A stretch of 64,000 nt of DNA from Eledone cirrhosa (lineage: Eukaryota): assembly GCA_964016885.1 (NCBI GenBank), contig OZ024742.1, positions 305,474,001-305,538,000 of the forward strand, read 5' to 3'. The notes beneath the pieces are model-generated. The model worked only from the letters and a program-made list of their open reading frames with translations. It ran no database searches and had not been told where the DNA came from. Of the stretch, positions 45,881 through 60,632 are shown piece after piece. Both the position numbers and the translations under genes were made by a program. The stretch's first letter is position 1. Each line of letters starts with the position of its first letter.

Positions 45881-45887
<7 letters not shown>
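45546..45887. mobile_element. Family A inverted structure truncated inside the HHR core
   Basis: The minus copy 45546-45798 ends at GTGACCTCTT; the plus-strand 3' part follows at 45799-45887. Confidence 0.85.
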
Positions 45888-45921
<34 letters not shown>

Positions 45922-45942
45922 AAATATGCTGGGTCCGTCAAC

Positions 45943-46225
<283 letters not shown>

Positions 46226-47095
46226 CATTAAGAGGGCGGAAAAGCGATGGATATGAATTATGAGTTTCCAATGTCATGGGATATGACGATGCCTCAGAAC
46301 CTGTTGTGTTATTATCGAAGGCTGACAGCTGGATATTTCAACAGTGGGGGATAACATACAATATCAGTTGACTGGTAAGCTGCACTCAGATTTGATCAGA
46401 TTATTGAACATTGAATTCAAGTTCAAACAAACGCCAATGTGTCCAGTGGAATCTTTGAAAGTAATGTTTGGTCAGCTAATCAGTGAATTGGCCAATGAAA
46501 TCTCGAGAAAGAGATGGACAGTTAGAGAAACTAGAGAGACAAAGCAAACTACGAAATGTTAATGTCTTACAATTCTTGGATTACATGTGCAGTACTAGAC
46601 TACAATTTCACCTGTTAATGTTCTTACTGCCTCAAGCACCTCTCTGCCTTGATCTCTCCCTCTCTCTCCGCCTCCCTATCTCATACATGACAATGTACCT
46701 ATAATATATGTACATATGTGTGTGTGTGTGTGTGTGTGTGTATTTATATGCATACATACATACATACATACATACATACATGTGTAGTGAGTATATAAAT
46801 CTGTATGTATGTATCTATTTGTTTATCTATATATATATCTATCTATCTGACAGAATACACTCATTCCACTATATTTCTCTTTCAATATTCCCTCAAATAT
46901 ATATCGTGTATTTATTCATTCATTCATTCTTTTATTCATTCAATCTTTAGTTTTTATTCATGCTTCCATTCCTTCTTTTCTTAAAATAAATAAAGGTATA
47001 AATATATCCACCATTTTTCTCCTGTTACCCGATCAGCTTCAATCTCACTGTGAAGAAAAAAGAGAGAGAAAGGCTTTATATATGGGGAGGAGCTG

Positions 47096-47179
47096 CAGGA
47101 GAAGGAGGTAGTGGTAGAAGATATCCAGGAGAAGGTGGTAGTGGTAAAATACATACAGGAGAAGGTGGTAGTGGTAAAA
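47096..47179. repeat. 30-bp minisatellite, about 3 copies
   Basis: CAGGAGAAGGWGGTAGTGGTA at 47096, 47126 and 47156. Confidence 0.85.
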
Positions 47180-47285
47180 GAGAAGGTTGAGTATTAGATG
47201 AGTGTTGCAAATGACATTGAGTAATCTGACAAGTACGAAATATCTTACCAACGTACTCTGTCAGTACATTCTTTGCTTTAATCTC

Positions 47286-47383
<98 letters not shown>

Positions 47384-47632
47384 TAAACGGAATAGAAAAT
47401 GCTGACAAATTGTTCACAGTTGAAAAATGGTTTAATTAGGAATAAAAGAGTATTAGTGATTGTATGGGTTAGTATTCAGTTGTGGTTTTAAGTTTTTAAG
47501 TTTTTACCGGTTGCGCATTTCTAAATGCTTTTCAAAAATAATTTTGAGATAGAGTGTCCGTGCTGTTTGCTCTGATCTGTATATATATATATATACATTT
47601 TCCTATCTATTTATCTATCTATCTATCTGTCG

Positions 47633-47694
<62 letters not shown>

Positions 47695-47719
47695 TTATCT
47701 ATCTATCTATCCATCTATC

Positions 47720-50700
47720 TTGAGGGTGCAACAGCCTCAAAACTTTAATCGGCCAATTCCAACTGGCCGATAGGTATCGACTGGATTTCCCGACTGCACC
47801 ACAGTGGACGTGGGCAAACCGCAGTGGGACATCTAGATCGTATTTAGATAGGTTCTTCATTAGAGAAAGGGACAAGGAGATGTTAAGCTGTCCACGAATG
47901 CACATGGTTGCCTATTCAGATCACAAGTTAGTCGTCTGCTTAGTCAACCGTGATAGAATACATAGTCAGGGTCCCGGATACTGGAAGCTGAACGTGTCGT
48001 TGCCGGCACGTAAATCTTACAGTGAACGGATAAGTAGACTAGTCAAGCAGCAGTTAACGGGAGCCATCGTCAACAATAGATGGTGGTACTCTCTCAAGAA
48101 AGCAATTAGAATAGAATCGATAGGCTATATCAGAGAGTTAGCCTTAGAGAAAAACTGAATAGAAAGAGAACTAGTAGCCAAGGTAGAGGAGGCACTTAGA
48201 AGTGGCAACGCGGCTAGAGTGTTAGCGTTGAGAACGGCACTGGACCAGTTCTTCGATGCGAAACACGAAGGCTGCGTGGTCAGAAGCAAAACACGTGCTC
48301 TAGGAAACGAAGGAGCGAAAGCTGTCAGCTGGGCCCGAGTGGCGGAGGCAAAAAGTGGCAACAAGTCCACAATTCGGTCTTTGAAAGACCAAAACGGAGG
48401 CGTGCTACTTGACCCCAAAGCAAATGTGCGCGGCCTTTCAGCGGCACTTTGCGCGACTGTTTGAGCAGAACGACGGTGAGCCGAACGGGGCAATGGACTT
48501 TAGTTCATACCTCGACGGCCTGCCGCGTCTCACGAACACGGACGCCGAGTTCTGCGACAGACCGATCACGGATACTGAGATACGGGACGCTCTGGGCCGC
48601 TGCAGGAAACGCAAGTCACCCGGTCTAGATGGTCTACCCTACGAATTTTACATAGGCATGCCGGATTTGTTCTCTGGCGTCCTCGAATTGGCAGCAGAAC
48701 GGGAGAATTCCCAGTTCTGCAGGCAAGGGCGTAGTAACCCTGATCAGGAAAGACGAGAACAAGGGGTACGAAATTAACAACTTCAGGCCCATAACTCTGC
48801 TCAACACAAAGTTAAAGATTTTGGCCAAGGTGCTAGCGACGAGGTTGGCGCTTGTCGTCGAGAACCTGGTAGGGAAAGCGCAAACGTGTACAATGCCGAC
48901 CAGGTTCACACACGACAACCTCCACCTCATGCGATACATCATAGAGAGGGTGGGTAGTAAACCCGGATTCGGTGGGCCTCTGATCAACTTGGATCAGTCT
49001 AAGGCATTCGATAGGGTCGACCATCGATACTTGGAAGCGGTTCGCAAGGCGGCCGGTTTCGGTCCCGTGTTCAGAGGATGGATCGAGGCGATGCACATCA
49101 GCATCTGCTCGAGGGTCAAGGTGAACGGCTACCTATCGGAGCCGTTCGCTATCACGCGTTCCATTCGACAGGGGTGCCCTCTCTCCTCCATTCTGTATGT
49201 ATTGACTCTAGAGCCACTACTGCGGAAATTGGAGCTGTCGCAGGGCATCCCTCTAGAACCGGGACTGCGCAAAGCGGCGTCGGCTTATGCCGACGACGTG
49301 ACGGTAATGGTGTCGAGCACCTCGGAAATCGGGGTGATCGGCAACTTACTGAAAGAATACGAAACGCTGACGGTAGCAAAACTAAACCCGGACAAGTCTG
49401 TCGATTTGCAACTCGGTACGTGGGGAGGCAAACCGATGACGTCCGACAGCGTCGTTGGACGCTGGACGGACAGACCGGTGAAATTGCTTGGGGTCTGGTT
49501 CGGTCCAGACCTCCAGGTGGAGAAAAACTGGAACGAGGTCACGGCCAAGGTGTTTGCACTCACCCAAAAGTGGGCAGAGTGCAAACTGTCCTTGAAAGGT
49601 CCAGCGGAGGTGGCGAACACTTTCATAGCCTCCGTCATCTACTACCGCTTGACTGTCGTGCCTTGTCCCCGTGAACACCTCGCCAAGATGGAACGCATGC
49701 TCTTCCAGTTTCTGTGGAAGAAGCAGGCTCCGCTGGTGAGGAGATCCGTCTGCTGCCAGCACCCTTCCAACGGAGGGCTGGGAATGCCGTGGCTGATGAT
49801 ACACAAACATGCGCTGAGGCTGCGGCATCTCCAGGTATTCCTCACCGACCCCCAACCGGTGTGTGCACCGTTTGTGAGACAGGCTTTCCCACAGCTCGTC
49901 TCGCTGACGGAGCTGCAGTCCTGGGTCAAGAAAAGACCGAAAACGATGGGCGCCTGGCACATCGAATGCGCTCAGGCGCTCACAGTCCTCTGGCAAGCGG
50001 GCGCAGCAATCAGTGGAGACTCCACTTCGAGATTCTATAGAGGGATTGTACGTTACAAGGGCGACGACGTGCTCGGAGAGACTATGGGCGTCGTAGACGA
50101 TGAGCTCACCAGTCTGTTTGGTAGGACTTTCCGCCCGGGACCTATGGACAACTTCCAGGGGTTTCTGGCCTGGCAGTGCTACCGAGGAGCTCTACCGGTT
50201 CGTGACAAGATCCACAGACACGGACGCCCCGACAGGGATCCTTCCAAGAGGACGTGTCCAAGATGCGCGCAGGACATTGAAACAGTCCTGCACACAATTG
50301 TACACTGCCCGGGCGTAACTGACCTGTGGAACTATACAGAACAACTGCTGTCGCGTATGGAACAAATCCAGTTGACTGCCGAGTCCATAGTAAGGATCAA
50401 ACCGCCAGCCTCTTTCAAAAATGAAAGAGAGGCGGTTTTCCTCTGTACGGTGGCTATGGTGAAAGAAGTTATATGGTGGACGAGGTTGAGAGGACTGAGG
50501 ACAGATGCCTTTCTCTCTGGACAACAATTGATTCCCTTCTTTAAGTATCACTTTAGAAGGAGAATCAGAGTGGAGAGAGAGGCACTGCACCCCAGTAAAT
50601 TTACTGAAAGGTGGGTGAATGAAGCGAAAATGGCCCGAGTGATTGGGCCTTCTCTGTTTATAAGCCTGTAGGTTGAGGAAGAGAGCAAAAGGAAGAAAGG

Positions 50701-50908
50701 TGCACTTGCACAACACGCTCCTGGAGTTGAGGGTTGTTCTATCGACGGGGTATTAAACAACCCATTTGTGGCGCCTTCCCCCTATTGGGGATTTCGATTG
50801 TTGTAATTGTTTGTTTTTATATTTTTTACACGACTGTATGTAAAATCCCCGGCATGTCTTTGTATTGTCCCCTTTTCTTGTGCGCCCTTGTGGCTAATAT
50901 GGAAATAT
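47720..50908 (+). mobile_element. L1/Tx1-type LINE, 5'-truncated within the APE endonuclease, disrupted ORF2
   Basis: WTW..SRSYLDRFF..YSDHKLV (APE end), GPGYWKLN, KSPGLDGLPYEFY, NFRPITLLN, DQSKAFDRVDH, IRQGCPLS, YADD, CPRC..H...C; stop at 48156-48158 and frame changes near 48420 and 48680; (TATC)n upstream and a short TATC run downstream. Confidence 0.93.
48821..50671 (+). pseudogene. ORF2 RT + C-terminal zinc knuckle (longest open segment, 616 aa)
   Basis: Motifs listed above. Confidence 0.9.
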
Positions 50909-50999
50909 ATCTATCTATCTAACCATCAATTTATCTCATCTTTACACCCTTTACTATATTCCTCTTTCACAAATCTCTTCTTCCATTCCGCCTCTCAGA

Positions 51000-51126
<127 letters not shown>

Positions 51127-51428
51127 ATGTATATTTGTATGCATGTATGTGTATATCGTTTTATTTAGACCAACTGATCATCTGAAACTTTTGGACTGAC
51201 CCCCTCCTATCTATCCATCCATCCATTTGCCCTATGTATCTAACTATGGAACAGTCCAGCAGAATGATTTTCTTTTTTTCTCACTCTCGCTATTTATCTC
51301 TCGGCATAACACCCCATCAACACCCGCCACACAGTTATATATATCTTGTCTAAATCTAGTAATCATTCGATATTTTGTCTCTCTTTCTCCATTCATCTCA
51401 CTTACTCAATCTACTGCTTTACTTCCCC

Positions 51429-51479
<51 letters not shown>

Positions 51480-51615
51480 TCCCCCTCTCTTCCCTCTCAC
51501 AATCTCTCTTTCTTTCTGTTCAGTGCAATTGTCTCTCTATATATATAATTTGAAAAATTCCCTCAGTTCCATTATATCTCTTCATTTATTCTCTGGCACT
51601 TTCCTTTCCAACGTT

Positions 51616-51701
<86 letters not shown>

Positions 51702-52119
51702 CTCTCTCTCTCTCGCTCTCTCATTGGACAAGTGAAACATACAATACCACAACCGTCAAGACTTTAAGGTCAGGTTCATCTGTTCAAATTCCGAAACTGG
51801 ATATGCACAACATTTTAGAGATTGTGTATATAGATATTGACTTCTTGTTAATGTTCAAGATCCAAGGTCTCAATTTTAAACTTTTTTTGCACTGTTAAAT
51901 TTGTTTCGTTGTAGTTGTTTCGTAGCCCAGAGAGGAGGGGGTGAAAGAGAAAGGCGGAGATAAAGAGAGAGATAGGAGCTCACAGATTTCTTGTTCAAAG
52001 TTGTTCCTTCCAAGAGCTTCTGGATTGTATTTTTTAAACCATATATATAATATATATAGAAAAACATTATGCGATATATCGTGTTTGGGTTTGTTTTTTT
52101 AGAAACAGACAGATTAACC

Positions 52120-52740
52120 TTCATTCCTTTCCAATGGGGGGAGGGGAATGAATCCCTAATTAATGATGCGACGTGTAGTGACTTGTTCTCCGCCTCCAAC
52201 CTTGTTGCTTCGGCCACAAACCCGGGCTTCGCTGCCCGCAATGCGGAGGAGACGGCCTGAGCGACCGCTTCTTCTTTGCACCGGTCTCCTTCCAGATATC
52301 TGTCGTCATTTGTCCCCGCACTGCTGATTTCCTCCGTAAAGTCAGAATGACGGCGGTCCGTTTGAGGAAAGAACTTCGTGAGGTGGGGTGACATTTGCAG
52401 CGGGTGTCTAGCCATTCTTCACGGTAACGCTTTTGCTATTTTGTTCGCGGGGCGTGGCTGGTGCATTGCTCAGACTGGGGTGTAGTAACTGTCCATTCCT
52501 ATCTGCCTTTGTTTCGGTACTTGATCTATCTTTCCTTTTCTTTTTCTCCTTTTCATGTCCTTTTGATTTTTCTTTTTTGTTCCCATTAATAGTTTGATTT
52601 GTATTTCTTGGAACCGCTCTTCCAGTGCGTCACGCCTCTATTCTGTCCGCCGGAGTCGCATGGCGGCTAGTGCGTGGGCCCCCATTTGCTCATGAGAAAT
52701 GGGAAGAGCGGAAGAGACCGTGGCAACGACTGTGAGAATT
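52120..52740 (-). other. GC-richer island, possibly the decayed 5' end/ORF1 of a retroelement
   Basis: Partial ORF (MARHPLQ..EEAVAQAVSSALRAAKP); shares ATGGGG(G)CCCAC and CCGGCGGACAGAAT with 34106-34138. Confidence 0.35.
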
Positions 52741-53151
52741 TGGTTCTTATGTGTACAGACCTGGTGAATATATGTGTATATAAGAGAGAATGAGTCTAAA
52801 GGCTGTTTCTTGTACATATGTACTTGTCCTTTACATTGATCTAGAGAGTGGTATGATAAAGATTTGGCAGCTATTTCTTACAGACCAAGTGTCGTCAGAG
52901 AGTCCCATCCACCTGTCACTGTTTTAATATATATCACAACTGCATATTCATGTTACACGTCTTCTGTTTTCAATTTCGCATTTTTATTCATGAGACAAGA
53001 CAAAAATGATTTTTAAACTAACTCATTGTTGAAAACAATACATTTATTCTCTCGTATTTTTAACAAGGTTACCAAATGAATACAAAAGTAGAACGGCTGA
53101 TTTATTATGGAAACTAGTCGAAAATGAACACTTTTTCCAGTAAACACACAC

Positions 53152-53216
<65 letters not shown>

Positions 53217-53402
53217 CATGGGTGGAGGGTGACATCTGAAAATATAGTCGCCAGAATGCAGATAACTATAATAGTCTCAATGGACAATTATTCAACACTT
53301 ATTGTTAGTTCAGCATTGTGGTAACTATATTTTTCAAATTTCAAATAACCCAATGCTTCGTACATTAATTACATGATCTCTAGCTCCATATAAATGTACT
53401 TA

Positions 53403-53456
<54 letters not shown>

Positions 53457-53652
53457 GATATTAACAAATGGAAACTATATTTATAAAACCATATTTATTT
53501 CATTATACATATTTCAAGGATACCAAGTTAAATTATGGTATGCCTTCATCAGACAAAATACAATATATATCGGTTTTACAAATAAGCATTGACGTACCCT
53601 TTCAAAATGCGACTATTACTTTTGGAGGAAATCATGTCCTCCACATCTCACT

Positions 53653-53800
53653 CAGATGTGAGATAAACCACAGACCCTCCATCTCAACTCTACTTTTGAA
53701 AAGCAGAAGAACTGCGAAACCGGTAAAGGAACCAAATAAATATATATATTTAAAAAAATATAAGACTCCAGTTGCATTTTCGATTTCATCTTTTTTTTTT
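53653..53800 (+). mobile_element. Family E module with variant HHR-like fold at 53693-53728
   Basis: CTT-TTGAAAA-GCAG(aagaa)CTGC-GAAAC(cg)GTA-AAG. Confidence 0.75.
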
Positions 53801-53825
53801 ATATATATATATATATACAGTTGAA

Positions 53826-54012
53826 AATTGCAAACTTGACTGTCACCACACATTATGAACCTGAAGATTGCGAAAGCATGAAAGTACTTGTTCAATTAAC
53901 AATTAACATTTAATATTCTATCATACTATTTCATTATAATACCATTATAAATTTTAAAGGATTGTAAATAAAACGAGTAAATCAGACAAAGTTGGAATTC
54001 CTCTTATTAATA
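53826..54012 (+). mobile_element. Family B linear module ending in (TA)n
   Basis: Homologous to 23420-23604. Confidence 0.8.
53856..53894 (+). ncRNA. Minimal type I hammerhead motif (family B)
   Basis: TGAAC-CTGAAGA-T-TGC(gaaa)GCA-T-GAAAG(ta)CTT-GTTCA; helix I TGAAC/GTTCA; palindromic AAGTACTT helix III; triplet CUU. Confidence 0.8.
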
Positions 54013-54974
54013 TATATATATGTATATATACACACACATATACTCTTTCCCACGCTCTTTCTAGATTCTTTCAACATTCTCATATTATAATATAAGGATT
54101 GCCTGTAGGTCGGTTATGATCTACTTATTTGACAATTCTGTCTCATATTCAACAGGATTCTTAAGTTTAGGTATTAATATTTTCAATTACCAAATACCTT
54201 AAGTTTGACATGCAGTCCTGAAAAATGTCGTAGTCTAGCAACTCTGCTCATTCAGGTTTTTGAGAAAGTAATGAACATCACAATATCTCAGACCTTAATT
54301 GACTTGAGTCTTTGAAAATATAAATTTTAACTAGCGGGCTTTTCAATCATCTAAATTTATATCGAGATAATGTTGAATCTGACTTCATCACCCTGGTGAC
54401 GATGCTATGAGTAGCATTAATTTCACATAATCATGTTCGATCCACCGTTAAATAAACCGTTTGTAACTATGCTGGTTTTAGGCCCACCTGTCTATGCTGG
54501 CCAACTGCAAAACGGGCCCAGTGCTCCTGATTATCAGCACATAGGAGGAATTTGAACTGAATTCACAAAGAGCCGAAATCATGGCACCCTGAACTGAAAC
54601 TTTGTTCATTGACAACAAACGAATGAAAATCAAAATTGACCTCGCCCGTATTTAATTTCAGATTGGATAGTCAGACCCAGTATTGTACAGAATTCTATTT
54701 GATGCTTTAACAACTCTTCCAATTCTCTGCCTTCTAAATGTAATATATTGGTGTAAACCCTGTTAATTAATCTCATTTTTTTGTGAAAATTAACCTTGTA
54801 AATTTTTGAGTGAAATTCAGTAGACAGGGTCAGTTTGGAAGTTCGATGAATTGACTGTACTTGTAATTGAAAGAGTTAACTTTGTCACACACTTTATCAT
54901 GCTGAATAACACTGAAAGTTATGTCAAGGTCACACGTGTCTATAAAATACTCAGTTAACGAGTAGGCTGTTTGT

Positions 54975-55110
54975 GAGGTGGGTATCCTAGTGCTTAGGGT
55001 ATTGGACGTGCTTTCATAATAGCGTTGTTTCGATTCTTGGACCGGATTGTGTGTGCTCTGGACAAAACACTTCATTTCGCGTTGCTGCAGTAAAATTAGC
55101 ACTAGCTGTA
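54975..55110 (+). mobile_element. Degenerate family 2-like SINE
   Basis: CCTAGTGCTTAGGGTATTGGAC..TTCGATTCTTGGAC..GGACAAAACACTTCATTTCGCGTTGCTGCAGT. Confidence 0.55.
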
Positions 55111-55819
55111 GCTGAGGGTTCCAATTTGGGAAAATCTGACATCTTATCAATGGGAGGAGGCGAGTCTTGTACTTTTAATCACTTAACGCCAAAGAAATTG
55201 GGATATGCACCAGCTTGTTGAGCCCCCGGAGTTTCGTACAGCCTTTAGACTGTTCTGCTTATCAAATAACTGGAATAACCATCATCGAAACCCGTAAACT
55301 TGCAGTTAATTTTATATCAGTAGCATTTACATTTAATATTTTAAAACTATACCAGCTATATACTGGTCCACGATAGAGTTTATTATACCTCTTCTATAAA
55401 AGCCTAATATTTTACCTAGTCGAAGAAGAAATCAATATCTCCATAGAGGTTGATGTAAATTGACAAACAACCATTATCTACTTTTCACCCCTCTCTCCTT
55501 CCCTTCCTTGCTACATACTCTCCCCCTCTCTCTTTCTTACCACTACCCTACTCTCTTTGTTCCTCTGTTTGACAACAATGTTCTCTCCCTCTAATATTCT
55601 TTACCACACTCTCCGCCCCTCTCTCTTTCTTAGAACCCCCCTCTTTCTCTTTCTTTCTCTCAACACTCATACTTCTTACACCTTTCTATATACTTTCGTT
55701 TTCTCTTACCTTCTCTCTTTCTCTCCCCCTTTATATCTCTCTTACTGTCTCTCACCCTCTATCAATCTATTTATCTATTTATTAATCTAGCTATCTTTAT
55801 ATATATACATATAATATAC

Positions 55820-55881
<62 letters not shown>

Positions 55882-57131
55882 AATATCATCTATCTCTTTC
55901 ATCTTACTCTCTATTTCTCTCTCTCCTCATATATATATAATCTCCTTTATCTCTCTCTCTATTCCCTCCCTCTCACTTTCTCTCCCTACCCCCTCTCACT
56001 CTCTCTCCCTCCCCCTCTATCTCCATCTCTCTCACCCTCCATCTCTCTCTCTCTGACCTTACCAAGCTATATGTCGACACTTATCTTCTGCAGACATGAC
56101 CGGTTTGTTTAACAGCTCAGCTGGTTCGCCAACTTTTCCCTTGGACTTGACAGCAAATTTTCAGTTATTGATTGTAGCATTTGCAGCTTAGCTTTATCTC
56201 TCTCTCTCTCTCTCTCTCTCTCCATCCTCTCCCCTCTCTCTCTCCATCTCTCCCCCTCTCTCTCCTCTCCTCTCTCTCTCCACCTCTCCCTCTCTTCTCC
56301 CCTCTCTCTCTCCCATACACATACATACATATACTCAGTCTCTCTCTCATATACACTCATACACACTAGTGTCTTATCTGTCATTTCTTCTTCCCTTTAT
56401 TTTCCTTCTACCTTATGTTCCCATTTGCATTATTTCTTCTTATATCTTTACTATCATTATTATTATTTCCCCCCCTTTTTTTTATTCATTTATTTTTTCA
56501 CAAAGGGATTGTTGACCGTATTTTTCTTTTTCTCTTTACTTTGCTATTTTGTTCCTTGTTATTTTAATTTTATCCTTTATATTTTATTCTTTTCTATTTT
56601 TTCTACATTATTATCCTTTCTCCAAGATTTCTCCCCCCCCCCCCCCCTCCTCCTCCTCCTCCAGCTGCTCCTCTTCATATATCTCTAAACTCTTCATTCA
56701 CTTATGCTGTATCTTTCCTCTTTCACTCACTTTTGCCAAACTAGTGGTTATATGTATTGCTTTGTTTTGTTATTTTCTTTTAACAAGCTCCTGCATTCGC
56801 TCTCAATGTCAACAATTTGTTCTTGTCCCTGCATATATATCCATATATACATACATTTCTATGTACGCACATCACATGCATACCTGTATGTGTGTAAGTG
56901 TCTCCATATGGAAGCATCTAGTTGCATACATATGCACACACACAATCTCTCATGTATATAAATATGTGTAAGTGCGTGTATGTGTATGTGTGTGTTGTAT
57001 AGTCATTTTTTTTTATACATTGGTTCTATGTATTTCTCTTTCCTTCAAATTCTTTTCCCCTCTCTCTCTCTCTCGCAATCACACACGAGTACACACACAC
57101 ACACACACATATATATATATGTATATATATA

Positions 57132-57234
<103 letters not shown>

Positions 57235-57398
57235 GTGTATATATATATGTTTGTATATATATATATGCGTGTGTGTGTGTGGTGTGTAATATACACTTGC
57301 ATTGCATTCGTCAACCATCTAATTCCCATGTAGTCTAACTTTTGCAAGCCCTGCATACTTGAAGACATAGTACAACAATTTTCAATCGACTTGAATCC

Positions 57399-57473
<75 letters not shown>

Positions 57474-58208
57474 ACACACAATAAATGAAAGAAAAAGTAA
57501 ATGAGTGGAGGGAAGACTATGTGAAGGGGATATAGTCAGCATTCTTTTCTTTTGTCATGTCTCCAAAACTGTGTTGTTATCATTTCACCAGAGATTTCCA
57601 AACCAGACAATTAGATCCAAGACTGCCGTTTTGGCCAACCTTCCAGTCCAAATTTCTCCTTGTCTTCTACTATTATTATCGTCTTCACTATCACCATCAT
57701 CACACCCAATCACGGTGGTCATCATCAGCATCACAGCTACCGTCACGTTGAAAGCTTTTGATATCAAGTTAACAATATGACACATTTATAAAAGTCTTTC
57801 CTGTTTACCCTTCATTTCTTTTTCCTTCTGCTATTATTGTTTCTTCGCTTTCTTCCAATCTGTTTTTTTTTTTTTTGTTTTTGTTTTTTTCACTTTTAAA
57901 TATTTTTCATCCGTAGGGAAGTTTCGACAAAGCCATTATATTTTTTTCTCTTTTTGATTTTTTCTTTTTCACTGCCAAACTTAATACTGAATACGGTTGC
58001 AGTAACACTGAATACGGTTGCAGTAACACTGACTCCCTGTGTAAGCTGGGAATAGTAGACACTGGTAGCTATTTTCTGGCTAGTTTTATTTTCAGAGATT
58101 TTTTTGGATAAAAGGAACAAAAATACGAGTGATGGGATAAAGTAAGTATAATGTTCCACTCTTGGTTTTTGGAAACCCGAGGGTATCATACGACTTTAGA
58201 AACTTTTC

Positions 58209-58311
<103 letters not shown>

Positions 58312-59628
58312 GTATGTCGTGTGATATGAACACCTCCTGTATAATTTAGAATCATGAGAAGTAGAATGGAGCTTGTGGTAAATATTGTGTAGCTCAATGC
58401 CATTTCATCTCGGTGTCTCATTCACTTCATTTACATGTGTAAATTTCTAGGGAAATGGGAAGCTGAAAAAACAAAAAAAAAGTTGATTAGTTGGATTTAA
58501 TGGATACACCATCAAATAGTTGCTTCGATTTATTATAAACATTTTTCCCAATCAATATTGGTGACTCTAATCTGCTGCATAATCTGCTAGAAATAGGAAC
58601 CAAATCTCCCTTCAATCACACCTGGAAAATGAGGGACGGTTCCCTAATGCATTGTTTCTGAACATAAGTATGCTTGATCTAGATGGGTCTTGGGCTAAAT
58701 GATACTAACAACAATAATAGAAGATAAATATTTGTCATTTATGACATAAAGATATATATGTCGGTCGAGGAGAATGAATATATCGACGGAGTGGTTTAGG
58801 TTAAAAGTTTTGGAGGGAACAGGATTGGTGGAGAAACGAATCTAAAATGCCGTGGGATACACAGTTTCCATTATCTTTACTAGATCAGCAACCAAATAAT
58901 AGTCGGAATCACGGCTGTGTGGGTAAGATATCGGCTACCCAATAATAAAATCTCGAGTTAGAACGAACAGGTTGGTATCTTGGGCAAATATCTTTCTCAT
59001 ACACTAGGGTCGACATAGTCGTGTGAATAAAATTAGGTAGGCAGGAATTGTTTGAAAGCCAGTTGGATGAATTATACCTGTTAGTCAAAGATCCAGTCTT
59101 GACATATATTTTGTCACACCGATTTGCATTGGGAATAACTTTGAAGGGACACCTATCTGCAAATTACTCAGGCGCTTAAATGTAAATTTAAAGAGTCACA
59201 TGTTAGTTGTTCGAATATCCGACTGTATAGTGTTGAAACTACTGATGTATCCAGCATCTAATTAAATCGATCTTACTAGAAATACAAGGCTGACATAGAA
59301 TTCCATTTTTCGTGAAAAGTTATGATAAAATGATCAAATCGTCATCAATAAAACTGGTGGCTTTTTTTTGAAAGTTTATTGTTTTGTTTGTATTTGGGCA
59401 GATATTATGATCAGGCATTCCTGTAGTGAACAACATATATTTGTTTTGAGAGTCAAAGTACATATTCCAACCAATGAAGATTGGTTACAAATTCCCCCCT
59501 CCTCCTGTTGTTCCGAGTTTTGACAGACTCACTCCTCCGCAGAGAGTAGTGTTAATTGAATTCGAATCAGCTGCGCCACAACATATAGGAAGGGTCTTCA
59601 AATGTATGTTTACTCATATATATATTTA

Positions 59629-59734
<106 letters not shown>

Positions 59735-59866
59735 TAAGTATGTATGGATGATTGGCATAACATCCAGTGATTTAGCTTAAACATCATGATTTTTTTAAAC
59801 GGAAAGACCAGATCTACCCCTTAGTTAAGCTATCCAACATAAATAATATATATATATGTATATGTT

Positions 59867-59944
<78 letters not shown>

Positions 59945-59977
59945 GAAGTGGTTACACAACAGTTAGTTGACCATACC

Positions 59978-60013
59978 GAGAACAATTGTTTCACCTGAGC
60001 GGATCCTCAGCTC
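59978..60013 (-). ncRNA. Minimal hammerhead motif (family H)
   Basis: Reverse complement GAG-CTGAGGA-T-CC(gctca)GG-T-GAAAC(aatt)GTT-CTC; tail runs into (TA)n at about 59944. Confidence 0.65.
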
Positions 60014-60314
60014 TGAATGGGCATGGTTATAGGAACAGGAAGGACAACCGTACGAAAGCGCATGCACAGAAACCCCGTCACTTCACACAGGCAATACTAG
60101 AGTGCGAGATGTGTAAGGGAGATAACTGCGAAAGTCCGAAAAGTTTTTAGGTTGAAAATAAAATTACAAAGAATTAGTCCGGAGCCTTGTAGTTATGCAA
60201 TAGGTATTTGGTGACTTGTGGACAACGTGTGAAAAATTCATTTCTCGTGTTTAGGCAATCACTATTGCGTAATCATTTTAGAATAGTTATTCGTTCGTCA
60301 ATACATTCGTTCGT

Positions 60315-60510
60315 AAATACCGCTTCATCTTTAACCGACACAAAGTTAAACTAGGATACTCCTGCGCTAAGAACATGAAGGCCCATATCACCGGCAGCCC
60401 CATGAGCAACACCCCACCAGGGTGCTCTTGCCGTAAGCCTGAAGCTTTCCCCCTTCAGCAGCAATGCAACACACCAGCTGTAATTTATGAAGTTGTGGTC
60501 ACTTCCAACC
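60315..60510 (+). pseudogene. PLE RT-endonuclease linker fragment (Hydra-type)
   Basis: KYRFIFNRHKVKLGYSCAKNMKAHI..GCSCRKPEAFPLQQQCNTPAVIYEVVV matches the recalled IFNR..VK.SYSC..N / CxCR....CPL...C....VIY pattern. Confidence 0.8.
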
Positions 60511-60567
60511 TGTCCCATGGACTGAGTGCTCTACCACTACGGATATTACCTTCCAGTGTTCCACCAC

Positions 60568-60627
<60 letters not shown>

Positions 60628-60632
<5 letters not shown>

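Noticed and set aside
47096-47188. 30-bp repeat translating as GEGGSGK (P-loop-like) or IHTGE
   Set aside because: Short minisatellite with an immediate stop and no coding context.
49078-50760. Overlapping ORFs within the Tx1-like element
   Set aside because: Shadow frames of a GC-rich coding sequence.
56056-56095. Minus-strand ATG..GCTTG|GTAAGG as first exon for the 28525-28962 frame
   Set aside because: Direct splicing to the 28936 acceptor creates TGA, and the other acceptor is out of phase.
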